Of a DNA stretch of 64,000 nucleotides, positions 1-9,442 are shown in pieces. Within the stretch, counting starts at the first letter, position 1. Each line of letters starts with the position of its first letter. Under the pieces are notes generated by a model. It made no database searches, had not been told where the DNA came from, and saw nothing but the letters and a program-made list of their open reading frames with translations. Where the stretch lies: assembly GCA_003696075.1 (NCBI GenBank), contig RFHH01000021.1, positions 7,881 through 71,880 on the forward strand, read 5' to 3'. The position numbers were made by a program, and so were the translations under genes. Source of the stretch: Acidobacteriota bacterium. Lineage in GTDB: Bacteria > Acidobacteriota > Polarisedimenticolia > J045.

Positions 1-33
1 CTCGTACAGAGGCGAGACCACCGCGATCCTCAT
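1..33 (-). CDS. First 11 codons (MRIAVVSPLYE) of a leftward gene that continues past the window edge. The product cannot be determined. The N-terminus is reminiscent of GT4-type glycosyltransferases.
   Basis: ATG at 31-33 on the minus strand, with GGGAGG about 5 nt upstream. The frame stays open to position 1. Confidence 0.35.
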   Translation of the reverse strand, partial: MRIAVVSPLYE

Positions 34-155
34 GACCGCCTCCCGAGAACCTAGGAAACTCGTGCAACGCCCGCCGGCGACACGCCGCGGCGCCGAGCGT
101 TTCTATAACGACGGCGTGGCCGGGCGGCAAGTGATCGAGGACAAGCGCGCTCGGG

Positions 156-1094
156 TCAGCTCCCGCCGTCCCCCGAGACCCTCGCGAACAGGGCAGCGAG
201 CCGCTCCCGCGGCGGGGGAAGCACGAGGAAGTCGCCCGCGCCGTTGGCCTTCGCCTCGACGACCAGATCGCGCGTCGGCCGGTCGCTGCAGGCCACCACC
301 ATCCTCGGGGGTGCCGGGGTGGAGGCCAGCTTCCGGAGCCGGGTGGCCAGATCGGACGGCGACCGGCTGACGACCAGGAGGACGTCGGGACGCTCCCCGG
401 GCTCGGGCTCGGAGTAGAGGGGCACGAGGCGCGCCCCGCAGGCACGGACGACCTCCGCGAGGGCCACCTGACTCGGGTCGGCCGGCGGTCCCGTGATCTG
501 CACGAGCAGGTGCTCGTAGGTGCGCTCCCCCTGCGGCTCGGGCTCCGCTCCCGCCTCGGCGCCGCCGGGCGCGGCGGCCAGGAGCACCGCACCCAGCCGG
601 TCTTCTCCTTCCGTGACGATCCCCACGGCGGCGGCCCAGTCCTCTCCGCCGCCGCCGGCCGTCAGCACGGCCGGCCAGGCTCCGGGGGTCGCCAGCTCGA
701 AGTCGTCCCCGACCCGGACCTCGAGCCCGCACGCCTTTCCCACGGCGGCCGCGAGGAGCCTGGCGGCCTCGCCGATGGACTGGTGAAGCTCCGGGGGAAC
801 TTCCCGGCTCTCGCAGACCTGCTTTTGGGTCTCCTCGTCGGTCATCGCGAGCGCGCCCCCGGCGAGGACGGCCACTTCCAGTTCGAGGGCCAGCAGGGCG
901 ATCCTCCCTTCGCCCGCCGAGATCCGGAAGAGGTAGACCGGTCGCTGGCCGAACCCCTCCCGGGCCTCGTCGCCGGCGGGATCGATGCCGAGCTCTCGGC
1001 CTGTCAGGGAGGAGAGGCTCTCTCCCAGCGCCCCCAGAAGCTGGCCGGCCCCACAGGGGAGCCGGCCGAGACCGGTTTCGGTCGCCGTCTGCAC
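156..1094 (-). CDS. Hypothetical protein with a C-terminal degenerate (pseudo-)receiver domain
   Basis: This is the 3-prime part of track ORF 156..2489, which has normal amino-acid composition. GTG at 1092-1094 follows GAGGG; ATG at 843-845 is an alternative start. The C-terminus has CheY-like topology (HLLVQITG...PDVLLVVS...MVVACSD...GAGDFLVLP) but lacks the acidic pocket and the acceptor Asp. Confidence 0.6.
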   Translation of the reverse strand: MQTATETGLGRLPCGAGQLLGALGESLSSLTGRELGIDPAGDEAREGFGQRPVYLFRISAGEGRIALLALELEVAVLAGGALAMTDEETQKQVCESREVPPELHQSIGEAARLLAAAVGKACGLEVRVGDDFELATPGAWPAVLTAGGGGEDWAAAVGIVTEGEDRLGAVLLAAAPGGAEAGAEPEPQGERTYEHLLVQITGPPADPSQVALAEVVRACGARLVPLYSEPEPGERPDVLLVVSRSPSDLATRLRKLASTPAPPRMVVACSDRPTRDLVVEAKANGAGDFLVLPPPRERLAALFARVSGDGGS

Positions 1095-1178
1095 GGTAGG
1101 CCCTCGGGATCCCTTGTCGGCCGGAGCCCCTCCCGCTTGAGGGGCGCGGCCCCGTCCGGGCGGCCCTACACTGGCCGC

Positions 1179-3791
1179 ATGCGGCTCGCGACCACGCACC
1201 TCAACGCCGACGCCGACGGTCTGGCGGGGATGGTCGCGCTGCGGCGGCTCTACGGCCCGCTGGAGCTGGTCCTTCCGGGGGGCGTCGAGCCGACCGCGCG
1301 CCGCATCTGGGAGGAGCTCTCCCCGGGTCTTCCGGAGATCGGGCCGCTGCCCCCGATCCTCGAGCGACTGGACCGGGAGGGAGCCGATCTCCTCCTCGTC
1401 GCGGACACCGCCCGCGCGGAGAGGCTCGGCCCGCTCGGCGACCGCCTGGGGAGGGTGAAGAAGGTGCGGGCGTTCGACACCCACGGGGAGGCCGGGGCCG
1501 ACCTTCCGCGCGCGCGGCTCCCGCGGGCGGCCTCCTGCGCCGCCGCGCTCGCTCTCCGCCTCCACCGGAGGGGACTCGTGCCCCCCGCCGCGGAGGCCAC
1601 GCTCTTCCTGCTCGCGATCCACGTCGATTCGAAGGGGTTCACCGCTCCCGAGACCACGGCGGCCGACCACAGAGCGGCCGCGCTGTGCCTGCGCTGGGGC
1701 GCCGACCCCTCCGCGATTCCGCGCCTGCTGCCCTCGGGGCTCGACCGGCGCCGGCTGTCCCTGCTCGAGGAGATGGCCCGCTCGGCCCGGATCGTGGAGA
1801 CCCCCGCCGGCCCCGTGGCCCTGTTGACCGTCGAGCGGGAGCGCTTCGAACCGGACCTCTCGACTCTGCTCGGCCAGCTGCGGGACGCCGAGGGGTGGCC
1901 CGCGGCCTTCCTCGTCGCTTCCCTCGGCGGTCGGCTCTACCTGATGGCTCGTTCGACCGGGCAAGTCGACGTGGGAGCCGTCCTCCGCTCCCTCGGCGGC
2001 GGTGGTCACCCCAGCGCGGCGGGGGCCACGCTCCGCGGGATGACGCTGCGGGATGCCCGGGAGGTGCTCGCGGAAGCAATCCGAGCGCACCTGGGACGGC
2101 GCCCCACGGCCGGAGAGCTCGCGGTGCGCCCCTTCGTCTCGCTCGCGGCCGACCGGTCGATCGGCGATGCGGCCGACCTGATGGACCGTCACGGTCTCAA
2201 CGCGCTCCCTCTCCGAGCGGCCGGAAAGCGGGAGTTCGTCGGGGTGGTCACGCGCCAGGAGGTCGACGCCGCGCTCCGGCACGGCCTGGCGGAGCGACCG
2301 GTCTCCGAGATCGCGGCGCGGCCCCCTGCGTGGGTCGCCCCGGAGGCCGATCTGGCGCAAGCGAGGCGAGCGCTGTCCCGCGGGGGCCGGATCCTGCTCG
2401 TTGGCGAGCCGCCCGACCGGGCGGTGGGCATCCTCACTCGGACCGCCCTGCTCCAGGCCGAGGCCGGGCCGGCCCCGCCGGGCGATCACGGTGCCCGGTC
2501 GAGGAGGTCCGTACTCGAGCGGACCCGGCGGGCGCTCGGATCCGCCTGGGGGCCGGTCGAGCGCGTCGGGGCGGTGGCGGCCGAACTAGGCTTCGCCGCC
2601 CACCTCGTGGGCGGCACCGTCCGCGACCTGCTCTTGGGCCGCAAGGTGCGCGACATCGACGTCGTGGTGGAGGGAGACGCCCTTCGGCTCGCGCAGGTCC
2701 TCGCGGAGCGGGAAGGCGGGGAGCTGCGGCTGCACGAGCCGTTCGGCACCGCTCGCTGGACCCCTCCCGGCGGGCCGCCGATCGATCTGGCCACCGCACG
2801 GGCGGAGTACTACGAGCGGCCCGGCAGCTTGCCCAGCGTCCACCACGCCGGTCTCAGGCGCGATCTGTACCGGCGCGACTTCACCATCAACGCGATGGCG
2901 ATCTCGATCGATCCCGCCGAGGCGGGTCTGCTGCGCGATCCCTTCGGAGGCTACGAGGACCTCAAGCGCGGACTGCTCCGCGTCCTCCACGGCCTGAGCT
3001 TCCAGGAGGACCCGACGCGCGCCTTCCGCGCCGCGCGCTTCGCCGCGCGGCTGGGTTTCCGCCTCGCCCCCCACACCGAGGGTCTGTTGCGGGGCGCGCT
3101 CCGGTCCGGGGCGTTCGATCGCGTCTCCCCCTCCCGTCTCGGGCGCGAGATCGATCGCATCCTGGCCGAGCCGGAGGTCTCGGCCGCGTTGCGGCTCCTC
3201 CGGGAGTGGGACCTGATCGAGACGATCCACCCGGCCCTCCGGTCCGACCGGGGGCTGCTGGAGCGGGCGACGGCCGTGCGGAACGCATGGCATGAACTCT
3301 CCGGCCTGTGGGCCGGAAGCGGGGACGCGCCGCCGCCGCCGTCCGAGCCTCTCTGGATCGCCCTCGCCGCGGCGATTCCCCTCCGGGAGCGCGAGGCGAA
3401 GCTCGACCTGGTGCCGCGCGGCCGGGAGCGCCGGCGGCGCTGGCTCGAGGGGCCGGAGAGGGCGGCGGCCGCTATCGAGCGGGTCGAGCGGGCCGCCGAC
3501 AGGGCCGAGGTGGCGGAAGCTCTGGAGGGACTCGACGCGGCCGAGCGAACGTTCGCGCTCGGGACCGCCTCCGGCGAACACGTCCGGCGGCGGCTTCGCT
3601 GGTGGGAACGGGAGGGGCGGCACATCCGGCCGGCGATCGGCGGAGAGGATTTGATAGGTATGGGGATCCCCCCTGGCCCGCGCCTCGGCCGCGCCCTGCG
3701 CGCCGCGCAGAGACTGGCCTGGAACGGCGCCTCCCCGGAGGAGCAGAAAGCGGCGGCACGTGCCTACGCGGAGAGCGGAACGGAGCGCTAG
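1179..3791 (+). CDS. DHH/DHHA1 phosphoesterase - CBS pair - CCA-adding/poly(A) polymerase family nucleotidyltransferase fusion protein
   Basis: ATG at 1179, in frame with track ORF 510..3791. Motifs seen: NADADG, LLVADT and GGGGHPSAAGA (DHH/DHHA1); two CBS-like repeats; HLVGGTVRDLLLGRKVRDIDVVV and RDFTINAMA (PolyA_pol head domain). Confidence 0.85.
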   Translation: MRLATTHLNADADGLAGMVALRRLYGPLELVLPGGVEPTARRIWEELSPGLPEIGPLPPILERLDREGADLLLVADTARAERLGPLGDRLGRVKKVRAFDTHGEAGADLPRARLPRAASCAAALALRLHRRGLVPPAAEATLFLLAIHVDSKGFTAPETTAADHRAAALCLRWGADPSAIPRLLPSGLDRRRLSLLEEMARSARIVETPAGPVALLTVERERFEPDLSTLLGQLRDAEGWPAAFLVASLGGRLYLMARSTGQVDVGAVLRSLGGGGHPSAAGATLRGMTLRDAREVLAEAIRAHLGRRPTAGELAVRPFVSLAADRSIGDAADLMDRHGLNALPLRAAGKREFVGVVTRQEVDAALRHGLAERPVSEIAARPPAWVAPEADLAQARRALSRGGRILLVGEPPDRAVGILTRTALLQAEAGPAPPGDHGARSRRSVLERTRRALGSAWGPVERVGAVAAELGFAAHLVGGTVRDLLLGRKVRDIDVVVEGDALRLAQVLAEREGGELRLHEPFGTARWTPPGGPPIDLATARAEYYERPGSLPSVHHAGLRRDLYRRDFTINAMAISIDPAEAGLLRDPFGGYEDLKRGLLRVLHGLSFQEDPTRAFRAARFAARLGFRLAPHTEGLLRGALRSGAFDRVSPSRLGREIDRILAEPEVSAALRLLREWDLIETIHPALRSDRGLLERATAVRNAWHELSGLWAGSGDAPPPPSEPLWIALAAAIPLREREAKLDLVPRGRERRRRWLEGPERAAAAIERVERAADRAEVAEALEGLDAAERTFALGTASGEHVRRRLRWWEREGRHIRPAIGGEDLIGMGIPPGPRLGRALRAAQRLAWNGASPEEQKAAARAYAESGTER

Positions 3792-4915
3792 GGACCGCCC
3801 GGCGCCGGGGACGGCGCACTCCCCCGGGGCTCGCTCCGGCCAGGGGCGCGGAAGGGCCACGGGTGGCGGTCGAGGTACCGGAGCGCCAGATCGGCGACCC
3901 TCCGGTAGCTGCGGGTACCGCCGCGCACTCCGTGAGCCTCCAGGTAGGCGCTGTAGACCCGCCGAACCACCGGCGCCTCCCTTCCGCGGTGCTTCTTGAA
4001 GAAATCGAGCATCGCGCGCATGTCCCGGCGGACGCCGGGAGTCCTTCCCTTGGGACCGCGTCCCAGCTCCAGCCACACGGCGAGCCAGCCGGCGTACCGC
4101 AGCTCCGGCTCCGGGGCCCGCCACAGGGTGAGCAGCGCGACGAAGCTCGCCGCCTCCTCCCACGCGAACCCGGCCAGGTGGGCCCGCTCGTGGGCGATCA
4201 CGAAGGGGAGCTGTCCCGGAGGTGCCGGATCGACCACGTTCACCTCGGCCGTGAACGGGCCGTAAACCCCGGAGACTCCCCACCGGAGCAAGAGGGGACT
4301 GGCGAGGAACCGCTTCGCCCGCGGGGCACCGATCGCCGGCCATCCCTGCTCCGCGAGAGCCTCGAGCTGGAGGTCGCGCACCCTCCGGTCCACGTCCTCG
4401 AATCGGCCGAAGGCGACGACCCCGGAGCCGTCCTCCGGCGAGGCGATTCTCGCCGCGTCGAGCGCCGCGCCGACGCGCTCGATCAGCGCCGGCGCCCTGT
4501 CCGCGCCCACCGTACCGCCGAGGCCGAACAGCTCCCGGGGATCGGGGCGCGCGTAGTTGAACCCCCAGAGGATCAAGAACGCGCACCAGATCCAGCCCGC
4601 CTCCCCGAGAAGGCGCAGCGCCCCTTCCCCGAGCGCCGCCGCACGCGTCCCGCCCCGGCGGCGGCGGTTGTAGCCCACGGCGGCCGAGGCGATCAGCGCC
4701 AGGGGGATCGCGACGAAAACGGGCTCGGCAAGGGAGAACGGGACGCGCGAGGTGATCCGGGAGAGCGGACCCACGAGGGCCGGGTACAGGCCGTGCGCGT
4801 AGAGGCGTTCCGTCGCGGCCGGGGCGAGACGGGCGGCGGTGAACGAGAGCAGTCCCGCGACTCCGGCGAACAGGCCGGCGCGGATCCTGCGCGGCAACCG
4901 GGCCCGGGAGCGCAT
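3788..4915 (-). CDS. DUF3810-family membrane protein with an HExxH motif (putative zinc metallopeptidase)
   Basis: ATG at 4913-4915 inside track ORF 3788..7048. It has N-terminal TM segments and the motif FVIAHERAHLAGF. The 3-prime end overlaps the convergent CCA-family gene by 4 nt. Confidence 0.75.
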   Translation of the reverse strand: MRSRARLPRRIRAGLFAGVAGLLSFTAARLAPAATERLYAHGLYPALVGPLSRITSRVPFSLAEPVFVAIPLALIASAAVGYNRRRRGGTRAAALGEGALRLLGEAGWIWCAFLILWGFNYARPDPRELFGLGGTVGADRAPALIERVGAALDAARIASPEDGSGVVAFGRFEDVDRRVRDLQLEALAEQGWPAIGAPRAKRFLASPLLLRWGVSGVYGPFTAEVNVVDPAPPGQLPFVIAHERAHLAGFAWEEAASFVALLTLWRAPEPELRYAGWLAVWLELGRGPKGRTPGVRRDMRAMLDFFKKHRGREAPVVRRVYSAYLEAHGVRGGTRSYRRVADLALRYLDRHPWPFRAPGRSEPRGSAPSPAPGGP

Positions 4916-4926
4916 GCCGGGCCGAA

Positions 4927-6156
4927 TTATGAGGCTCTCCCCGAGGGGCCGCCGGAGAAGGGAACGGGCTCTTCGACCCTTCGGGCCAGCGAGCTCGACC
5001 GGCACAGCAGGAGTCCCGGCAAGGCGAGCAGAGCGGTCGCCGAAAACCATCCCGCGTAACCGAGCGCCGCCACGCCGATCCCGCTGACGGCACCGGTGAG
5101 ATCGCGCGTCGCGGCGAACAGGGCGGAGAGCAACGCGTACTCGACGGCCGCGCGGCTCTTCTCGCAGACCCTCATCAGAAGGGAGATGAAGGCCGCGGTC
5201 GCCAGGCCACCCCCGAGGCTCTCCACCACCGCCGCCGCGAGGACCGAGCCCGTGCCACCGTTCCAGCGGTCGACCGCCGCGTAGGCGAGGTTCGTCAGCG
5301 CCTGGGCCCAGGCCATCCAGAACAGAGAGCGGAGGATTCCGAGGCGGGCGACGATCAGACCTCCCGCCACCGCCCCGGCGACGGTCGCTCCGAGGGTCGC
5401 CGGGCTGAAGACCATCCCGATCGTCACCGGGTCGACCCCGTGGTCCACCCAGAACGTCCGCACCATCGGCCCGAGCGCGGCGTCCGGCCACCGGTAGAGC
5501 AGCACGGTGGCGGCGAGCGCGAGCCCTCCCGGTCTCTTCGCCCAGCGCCACAGCCCCCATGTCAACCGGCGTGCGCCTTCGCGGCGGTCCGGACTCGGAG
5601 CGAAGAGAAGGACGCCGGCGCCCAGTGCGGCCATGACGGCCGCCGCGCCCACCAGCACGGCGCTCCACGGAAAGAATCCCGCCAGCGCCACGCCGGCCCC
5701 GCCCGCGAGCCACAGGGCCGCCCGGTAGGCCGCCACCCGCACCGAGTTCGCCGGACCTTCCTCTCCCTTTCGGATGATCCCGATCGTGTAGGCGTCCACC
5801 GCGATGTCCTGTGTCGCGCCGGCGAGGGTGAACGCCCCGAGCAGGACGGCGAGGAGGGGGAGCCGGCGGGCTCCGGCGGCCGAGGCGGCGGCGAGCGCCG
5901 CCGCGCCGGCGGCGAGGCTGCCCGCGATCCACGTCGTGCGCCGTCCGGTCTTGTCGACCAGCGGGGACCACAGGACCTTCAGCGTCCACGGGAGCGCCAG
6001 CGCGTTCAAGCCCCCGATCGCCTGCAGGGGAGCGCCGCCGAGCCGGAGCCACACCGGGAGCAGCTCCTTGAAGACGCCGAACGGAAGCCCGGATCCGATC
6101 GAGACGAGCCCGACCCAGAACAGCCGCCGCGTCCGGCCCCCCGAAGGGGACTTCAC
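4927..6156 (-). CDS. ampG: AmpG-family muropeptide MFS transporter
   Basis: Multi-TM protein with the AmpG signature LPWTLKVLWSPLVDK. The start is placed at GTG 6154-6156; upstream in-frame sequence is an Arg/Pro-rich stretch that looks non-coding. The start is uncertain. Confidence 0.75.
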   Translation of the reverse strand: MKSPSGGRTRRLFWVGLVSIGSGLPFGVFKELLPVWLRLGGAPLQAIGGLNALALPWTLKVLWSPLVDKTGRRTTWIAGSLAAGAAALAAASAAGARRLPLLAVLLGAFTLAGATQDIAVDAYTIGIIRKGEEGPANSVRVAAYRAALWLAGGAGVALAGFFPWSAVLVGAAAVMAALGAGVLLFAPSPDRREGARRLTWGLWRWAKRPGGLALAATVLLYRWPDAALGPMVRTFWVDHGVDPVTIGMVFSPATLGATVAGAVAGGLIVARLGILRSLFWMAWAQALTNLAYAAVDRWNGGTGSVLAAAVVESLGGGLATAAFISLLMRVCEKSRAAVEYALLSALFAATRDLTGAVSGIGVAALGYAGWFSATALLALPGLLLCRSSSLARRVEEPVPFSGGPSGRAS

Positions 6157-6620
6157 CGGGAACGCCCCCGGTGGTGCGTGCCGGCGGCGGATCCGCCGGA
6201 CGCTCGTCGCCTCTCGATCCGACCGCCCGCTCGCCCCCCGCGGGCGCGTGGCACCTCCCCGCGGCTCCTGACTCCTCGGCGGTCCGCCGCGCCGGGGCGG
6301 GGGACTCTCCCGCGCGCGCCGGCCGCCGGGAGCGGCCGCGCGGCCCGGCCGAGCGCCGGCGGTGCCGCCGGGAGGACGGGGGGGACGCCTCCGCTGCGCC
6401 TCCGGCTCGCCGGGACGGCGCGCCCGCCGGAAAACGCGAGCGGGACCGCGGCACGGGAGCGGAACGTCGCGGGGGAGGCGGACCGCGCGGGCGCTTTTGC
6501 CCCTCGCGTGCTGGCCTCCAGGTTGGACTTCGCCGATCGGGACATCGGCCCTCCGCACCCGCCGACTCTAGGGGGAAACGGAGCCCCGGGACAACGGAGC
6601 CCGCGGCTCGGGGCCCTAGA

Positions 6621-7688
6621 ATGACTCCCATGCCCGTGCTCGGGATCGAAACATCCTGCGACGAAACGGCCGCCGCGGTCATCGACTGGAGCGGAACGGT
6701 TCGGTCTTCGGTCGTGGCCTCCCAGGTCGTCGAACACGCCCCGTTCGGGGGGGTCGTTCCGGAGATCGCCGCCCGGCGGCATCTCGAGAACCTCGACCGC
6801 GTCGTCGAGGAGGCGCTCGAGCGCGCTGGGATCGCGTTGCGGGAGCTGGAGGGGATCGCGGTCACTCGCGGCCCCGGGCTGATCGGCTGTCTCCTCGTCG
6901 GGGTCACGTTCGCCCGCACCCTCGGATGGGCTTTGGAGCGTCCCGTGGTGGGGGTGAACCATCTCGAGGGGCACATCGCCTCGGGCTGGCTGACCGCGCC
7001 CGACCTCCCGTTTCCCGCCCTGGCGCTGGTGGTCTCGGGAGGGCACACGGCGCTGTGGCGGGTCCGCGGCGCGGGCGACTACCTTCAGGTCGCGCGCACC
7101 AGGGACGACGCCGCGGGCGAAGCCTTCGACAAGGTGGCCAAGATGCTCGGACTGCGCTATCCGGGTGGCCCGGAACTCGACGCCCTCGCCGAGAGCGGTG
7201 ACCCGCACGCGTTCCCCTTCGGAGCGCTGCGGCTCAAGGGCGCGCCCGGCTTCTCCTTCTCGGGCTACAAGACGGCGGCGCGGCAGCACATGGAGCGAGC
7301 CGGACTCGACCCGCTGCAGTCGCCGGACGACCCGCCTCCGGCCGGGGTGCGCGACCTCGCCGCGTCGTTCAGGCACGCGGTGGTGCGGGAGATCGTGCGG
7401 GTGGCCCGGAAGGCGATCGCGGAAGAGCGCCCGCGTTCCCTCGTCCTGGCCGGCGGTGTCGCGGCGAACCGGCTCCTCAGGCGCGAGATCACATCTCTCG
7501 CCGACGAGTTCGGCCTGGCCCTCGCCATCCCCCCGCTCGAATACTGCGGCGACAATGCGGCGATGATCGCGCTCGCCGGACTTCCTCGCCTCCGCCGCGG
7601 CGAGAACGACCTCGAAACGCTCGACGCCGCGGCCCACCTCCCGCTCGGCGGGCCCGAAGCGGCCCGGACGTCGAGGAGGCACCGGTGA
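6621..7688 (+). CDS. tsaD: tRNA N6-adenosine threonylcarbamoyltransferase TsaD (Kae1/Gcp family)
   Basis: N-terminus MTPMPVLGIETSCDETAAAV, plus NHLEGHI and the rest of the Gcp fold. ATG at 6621; an alternative ATG lies at 6630. Confidence 0.93.
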   Translation: MTPMPVLGIETSCDETAAAVIDWSGTVRSSVVASQVVEHAPFGGVVPEIAARRHLENLDRVVEEALERAGIALRELEGIAVTRGPGLIGCLLVGVTFARTLGWALERPVVGVNHLEGHIASGWLTAPDLPFPALALVVSGGHTALWRVRGAGDYLQVARTRDDAAGEAFDKVAKMLGLRYPGGPELDALAESGDPHAFPFGALRLKGAPGFSFSGYKTAARQHMERAGLDPLQSPDDPPPAGVRDLAASFRHAVVREIVRVARKAIAEERPRSLVLAGGVAANRLLRREITSLADEFGLALAIPPLEYCGDNAAMIALAGLPRLRRGENDLETLDAAAHLPLGGPEAARTSRRHR

Positions 7689-8506
7689 GCCGCCCCGGTG
7701 CCATCGACCCGGAGACCCTCATGCGAACGGCCTGCGAGGCGGTGCGCGCGGGAGGCCGGGCGCTCGCGCCCTTCGCGTCGCGTTCCCGGGACCTCGAGGT
7801 CGAGGAAAAGGCGCTCCACGACCTGGTCACGGCGGCGGACGTGGCGTCGGAGCGCGCCATCGTGGCCCTGATCCGCGAGCGCCATCCCGATCACGCGGTG
7901 CTCGGCGAGGAAGAGGCGCGCGCGGGGCTGGACACCGACCGGCCGCGGTGGCTCGTCGATCCGCTCGACGGCACCGCCAACTTCGTGCACGGCTACCCCG
8001 TGTGGGGCGTGTCGGTCGCCTGCACCGTCGACGGGCGCGTGGTGGCCGGAGCGATCCTGGATCCGAACCGCGGGGAGCTCTTCGCCGCGGCGCGCGGCCT
8101 GGGAGCCCGGCTCGACGGCGAACGGCTCCGGACGAGCGGCCGATCGTCGCTGAAAGGCGCCCTGATCGCGACCGGTTTTCCGTTCCGGCGGCTCGCGCGG
8201 CTCGAGCCGTTCCTCGACACGCTGAGGGCGGTGCTTCCGGCAGCCGCGGGGGTGCGCCGGGCCGGTGCGGCCTCGATCGACCTCGCCTGGGTGGCAGCAG
8301 GCCGGTGCGACGGGTTCTGGGAGGAAGGTCTCGGTCCGTGGGACATCGCCGCGGGCTCCCTGCTCGTGGAGGAAGCCGGCGGCGTCGTGACCGATTTCAC
8401 CGGAGGCGACCGTTTCCTGGAGACGGGCGCCGTCGTGGCCGGCCCGCCCGGCGTCCACCGGGAGCTCCGGCAGATCGTCGAGCGCTGCCAGGGAGCCGGG
8501 GCATGA
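7685..8506 (+). CDS. Inositol monophosphatase family protein (SuhB-like)
   Basis: The GTG start overlaps the tsaD stop (GTGA). Motifs seen: WLVDPLDGTANFVHG and EEGLGPWDIAAG. Confidence 0.9.
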   Translation: MSRPGAIDPETLMRTACEAVRAGGRALAPFASRSRDLEVEEKALHDLVTAADVASERAIVALIRERHPDHAVLGEEEARAGLDTDRPRWLVDPLDGTANFVHGYPVWGVSVACTVDGRVVAGAILDPNRGELFAAARGLGARLDGERLRTSGRSSLKGALIATGFPFRRLARLEPFLDTLRAVLPAAAGVRRAGAASIDLAWVAAGRCDGFWEEGLGPWDIAAGSLLVEEAGGVVTDFTGGDRFLETGAVVAGPPGVHRELRQIVERCQGAGA

Positions 8507-8542
8507 GCGGCGGAGCCGTTCGGCTCCCCCCGGCGATGCCGG

Positions 8543-9442
8543 TCAGACCTCGACCCCCAGCACCCGGCGGAGCAGCCAGCCGACGCCGAAGCTGATCAAC
8601 GCGACGCCGAGCGAGATGGCGGCCATCTCGGAAAACCGCCGCACGAACGAAAGGCCGCGCGCGGTGGCGATGTAGAAGGTATAGCCGGCGATCACCGCGA
8701 GCGCGGCGACGAGCATCGCCGCCAGCGCCGTCGCCGTTCGTTCGAAGACGAAGTACGGTGCCGTGAGGAGCGCCACCGTCGCCACGTAGGCGGCGCCGGT
8801 GTAGAGCGCCGAGAGCAGGGGCGTCTTGTTCGCGCCCGCGTCCGCTTCCTCGCGGGAGGAGAGGAACTCGGACGCGGCCATCGACAGGGCCGCCGCCACC
8901 CCCATGACGAGGCCGGTGAGAGCGATCAGCCGCGGCCGGCCGATGGCGAGCGACAGCCCGGCGAGGGTTCCCGTCAGCTCCACGAGCGCATCGTTGAGCC
9001 CGAGAACGATCGAACTGGCGTACTCGAGCCGCGATTCCCGGAGCATGTCGAGCAGCTCCCGCTCGTGCCGGTTCTCCTCGGCGATCATCTCCACGGCCTG
9101 AGGGATGTCGGGCCCCAGGCGCCGGTAGGCCTCGGTCGCGGCCGACTCTCCTCGCTCGAGCAGTTTGAGGGCGAAGGTGAGTCCCAAGAACCGCGCGAGG
9201 AACACGTACAGCGCGACACGGAACCGTGAGGGGCGCAGATCGACACCGGTGAGCTCGCGCCAGGTGTCGTGATGCCGCTGTTCGTCGGCCGCGATCCGCT
9301 CCAGCACCCTGCGGTTGCCGGGGTCGGCGGCCCGCGCCGCCAGGCGGCGGTAGATCTGGCACTCGGTGATCTCGTTGGCCTGCGCCGCCAGAATGGCGCG
9401 GCGCTGCGGCCCGCTCAGCCGGACGCCCCTGCCGGTCGCCAT
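8543..9442 (-). CDS. VIT1/CCC1-family Fe/Mn transporter with an N-terminal ferritin-like (rubrerythrin-like) domain
   Basis: N-terminal region EITECQIYRRLA...DEQRHHDTW...EENRHEREL, then C-terminal VIT1-type TM helices. AGGAGGG lies upstream of the ATG. Confidence 0.85.
   Translation of the reverse strand: MATGRGVRLSGPQRRAILAAQANEITECQIYRRLAARAADPGNRRVLERIAADEQRHHDTWRELTGVDLRPSRFRVALYVFLARFLGLTFALKLLERGESAATEAYRRLGPDIPQAVEMIAEENRHERELLDMLRESRLEYASSIVLGLNDALVELTGTLAGLSLAIGRPRLIALTGLVMGVAAALSMAASEFLSSREEADAGANKTPLLSALYTGAAYVATVALLTAPYFVFERTATALAAMLVAALAVIAGYTFYIATARGLSFVRRFSEMAAISLGVALISFGVGWLLRRVLGVEV

Noticed and set aside
32-370. 112-aa ORF at the left edge (plus strand)
   Set aside because: It is Arg/Pro-rich and overlaps the 3-prime end of the better-supported minus-strand gene at 156-1094. 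It also overlaps the SD and start region of the leftward edge gene.
2586-5093. Other long overlapping ORFs: 2586..5093(-), 44537..48433(+), 48220..50499(-), 48498..51023(+), 37118..39871(-), 39940..32909-type frames, and similar
   Set aside because: Each overlaps a gene with strong family motifs in another frame or on the other strand, and each has Arg/Pro/Gly-biased composition. None was called.
6157-6558. 134-aa N-terminal extension of AmpG from the ATG at 6558
   Set aside because: The extension is almost purely Arg/Pro/Gly, with no TM or known motif. The AmpG homology begins right after GTG 6156. It is kept only as an alternative in the findings.
3788-7048. Read-through track ORFs that fuse neighbouring genes or add long N-termini: 3788..7048, 13554..15311, 19960..23868, 26134..27843, 49188..51104, 53745..57596
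   Set aside because: Only the 3-prime portions have family motifs. Internal starts with SD motifs or stop-start overlaps give proteins of canonical length. The upstream parts are open by chance.
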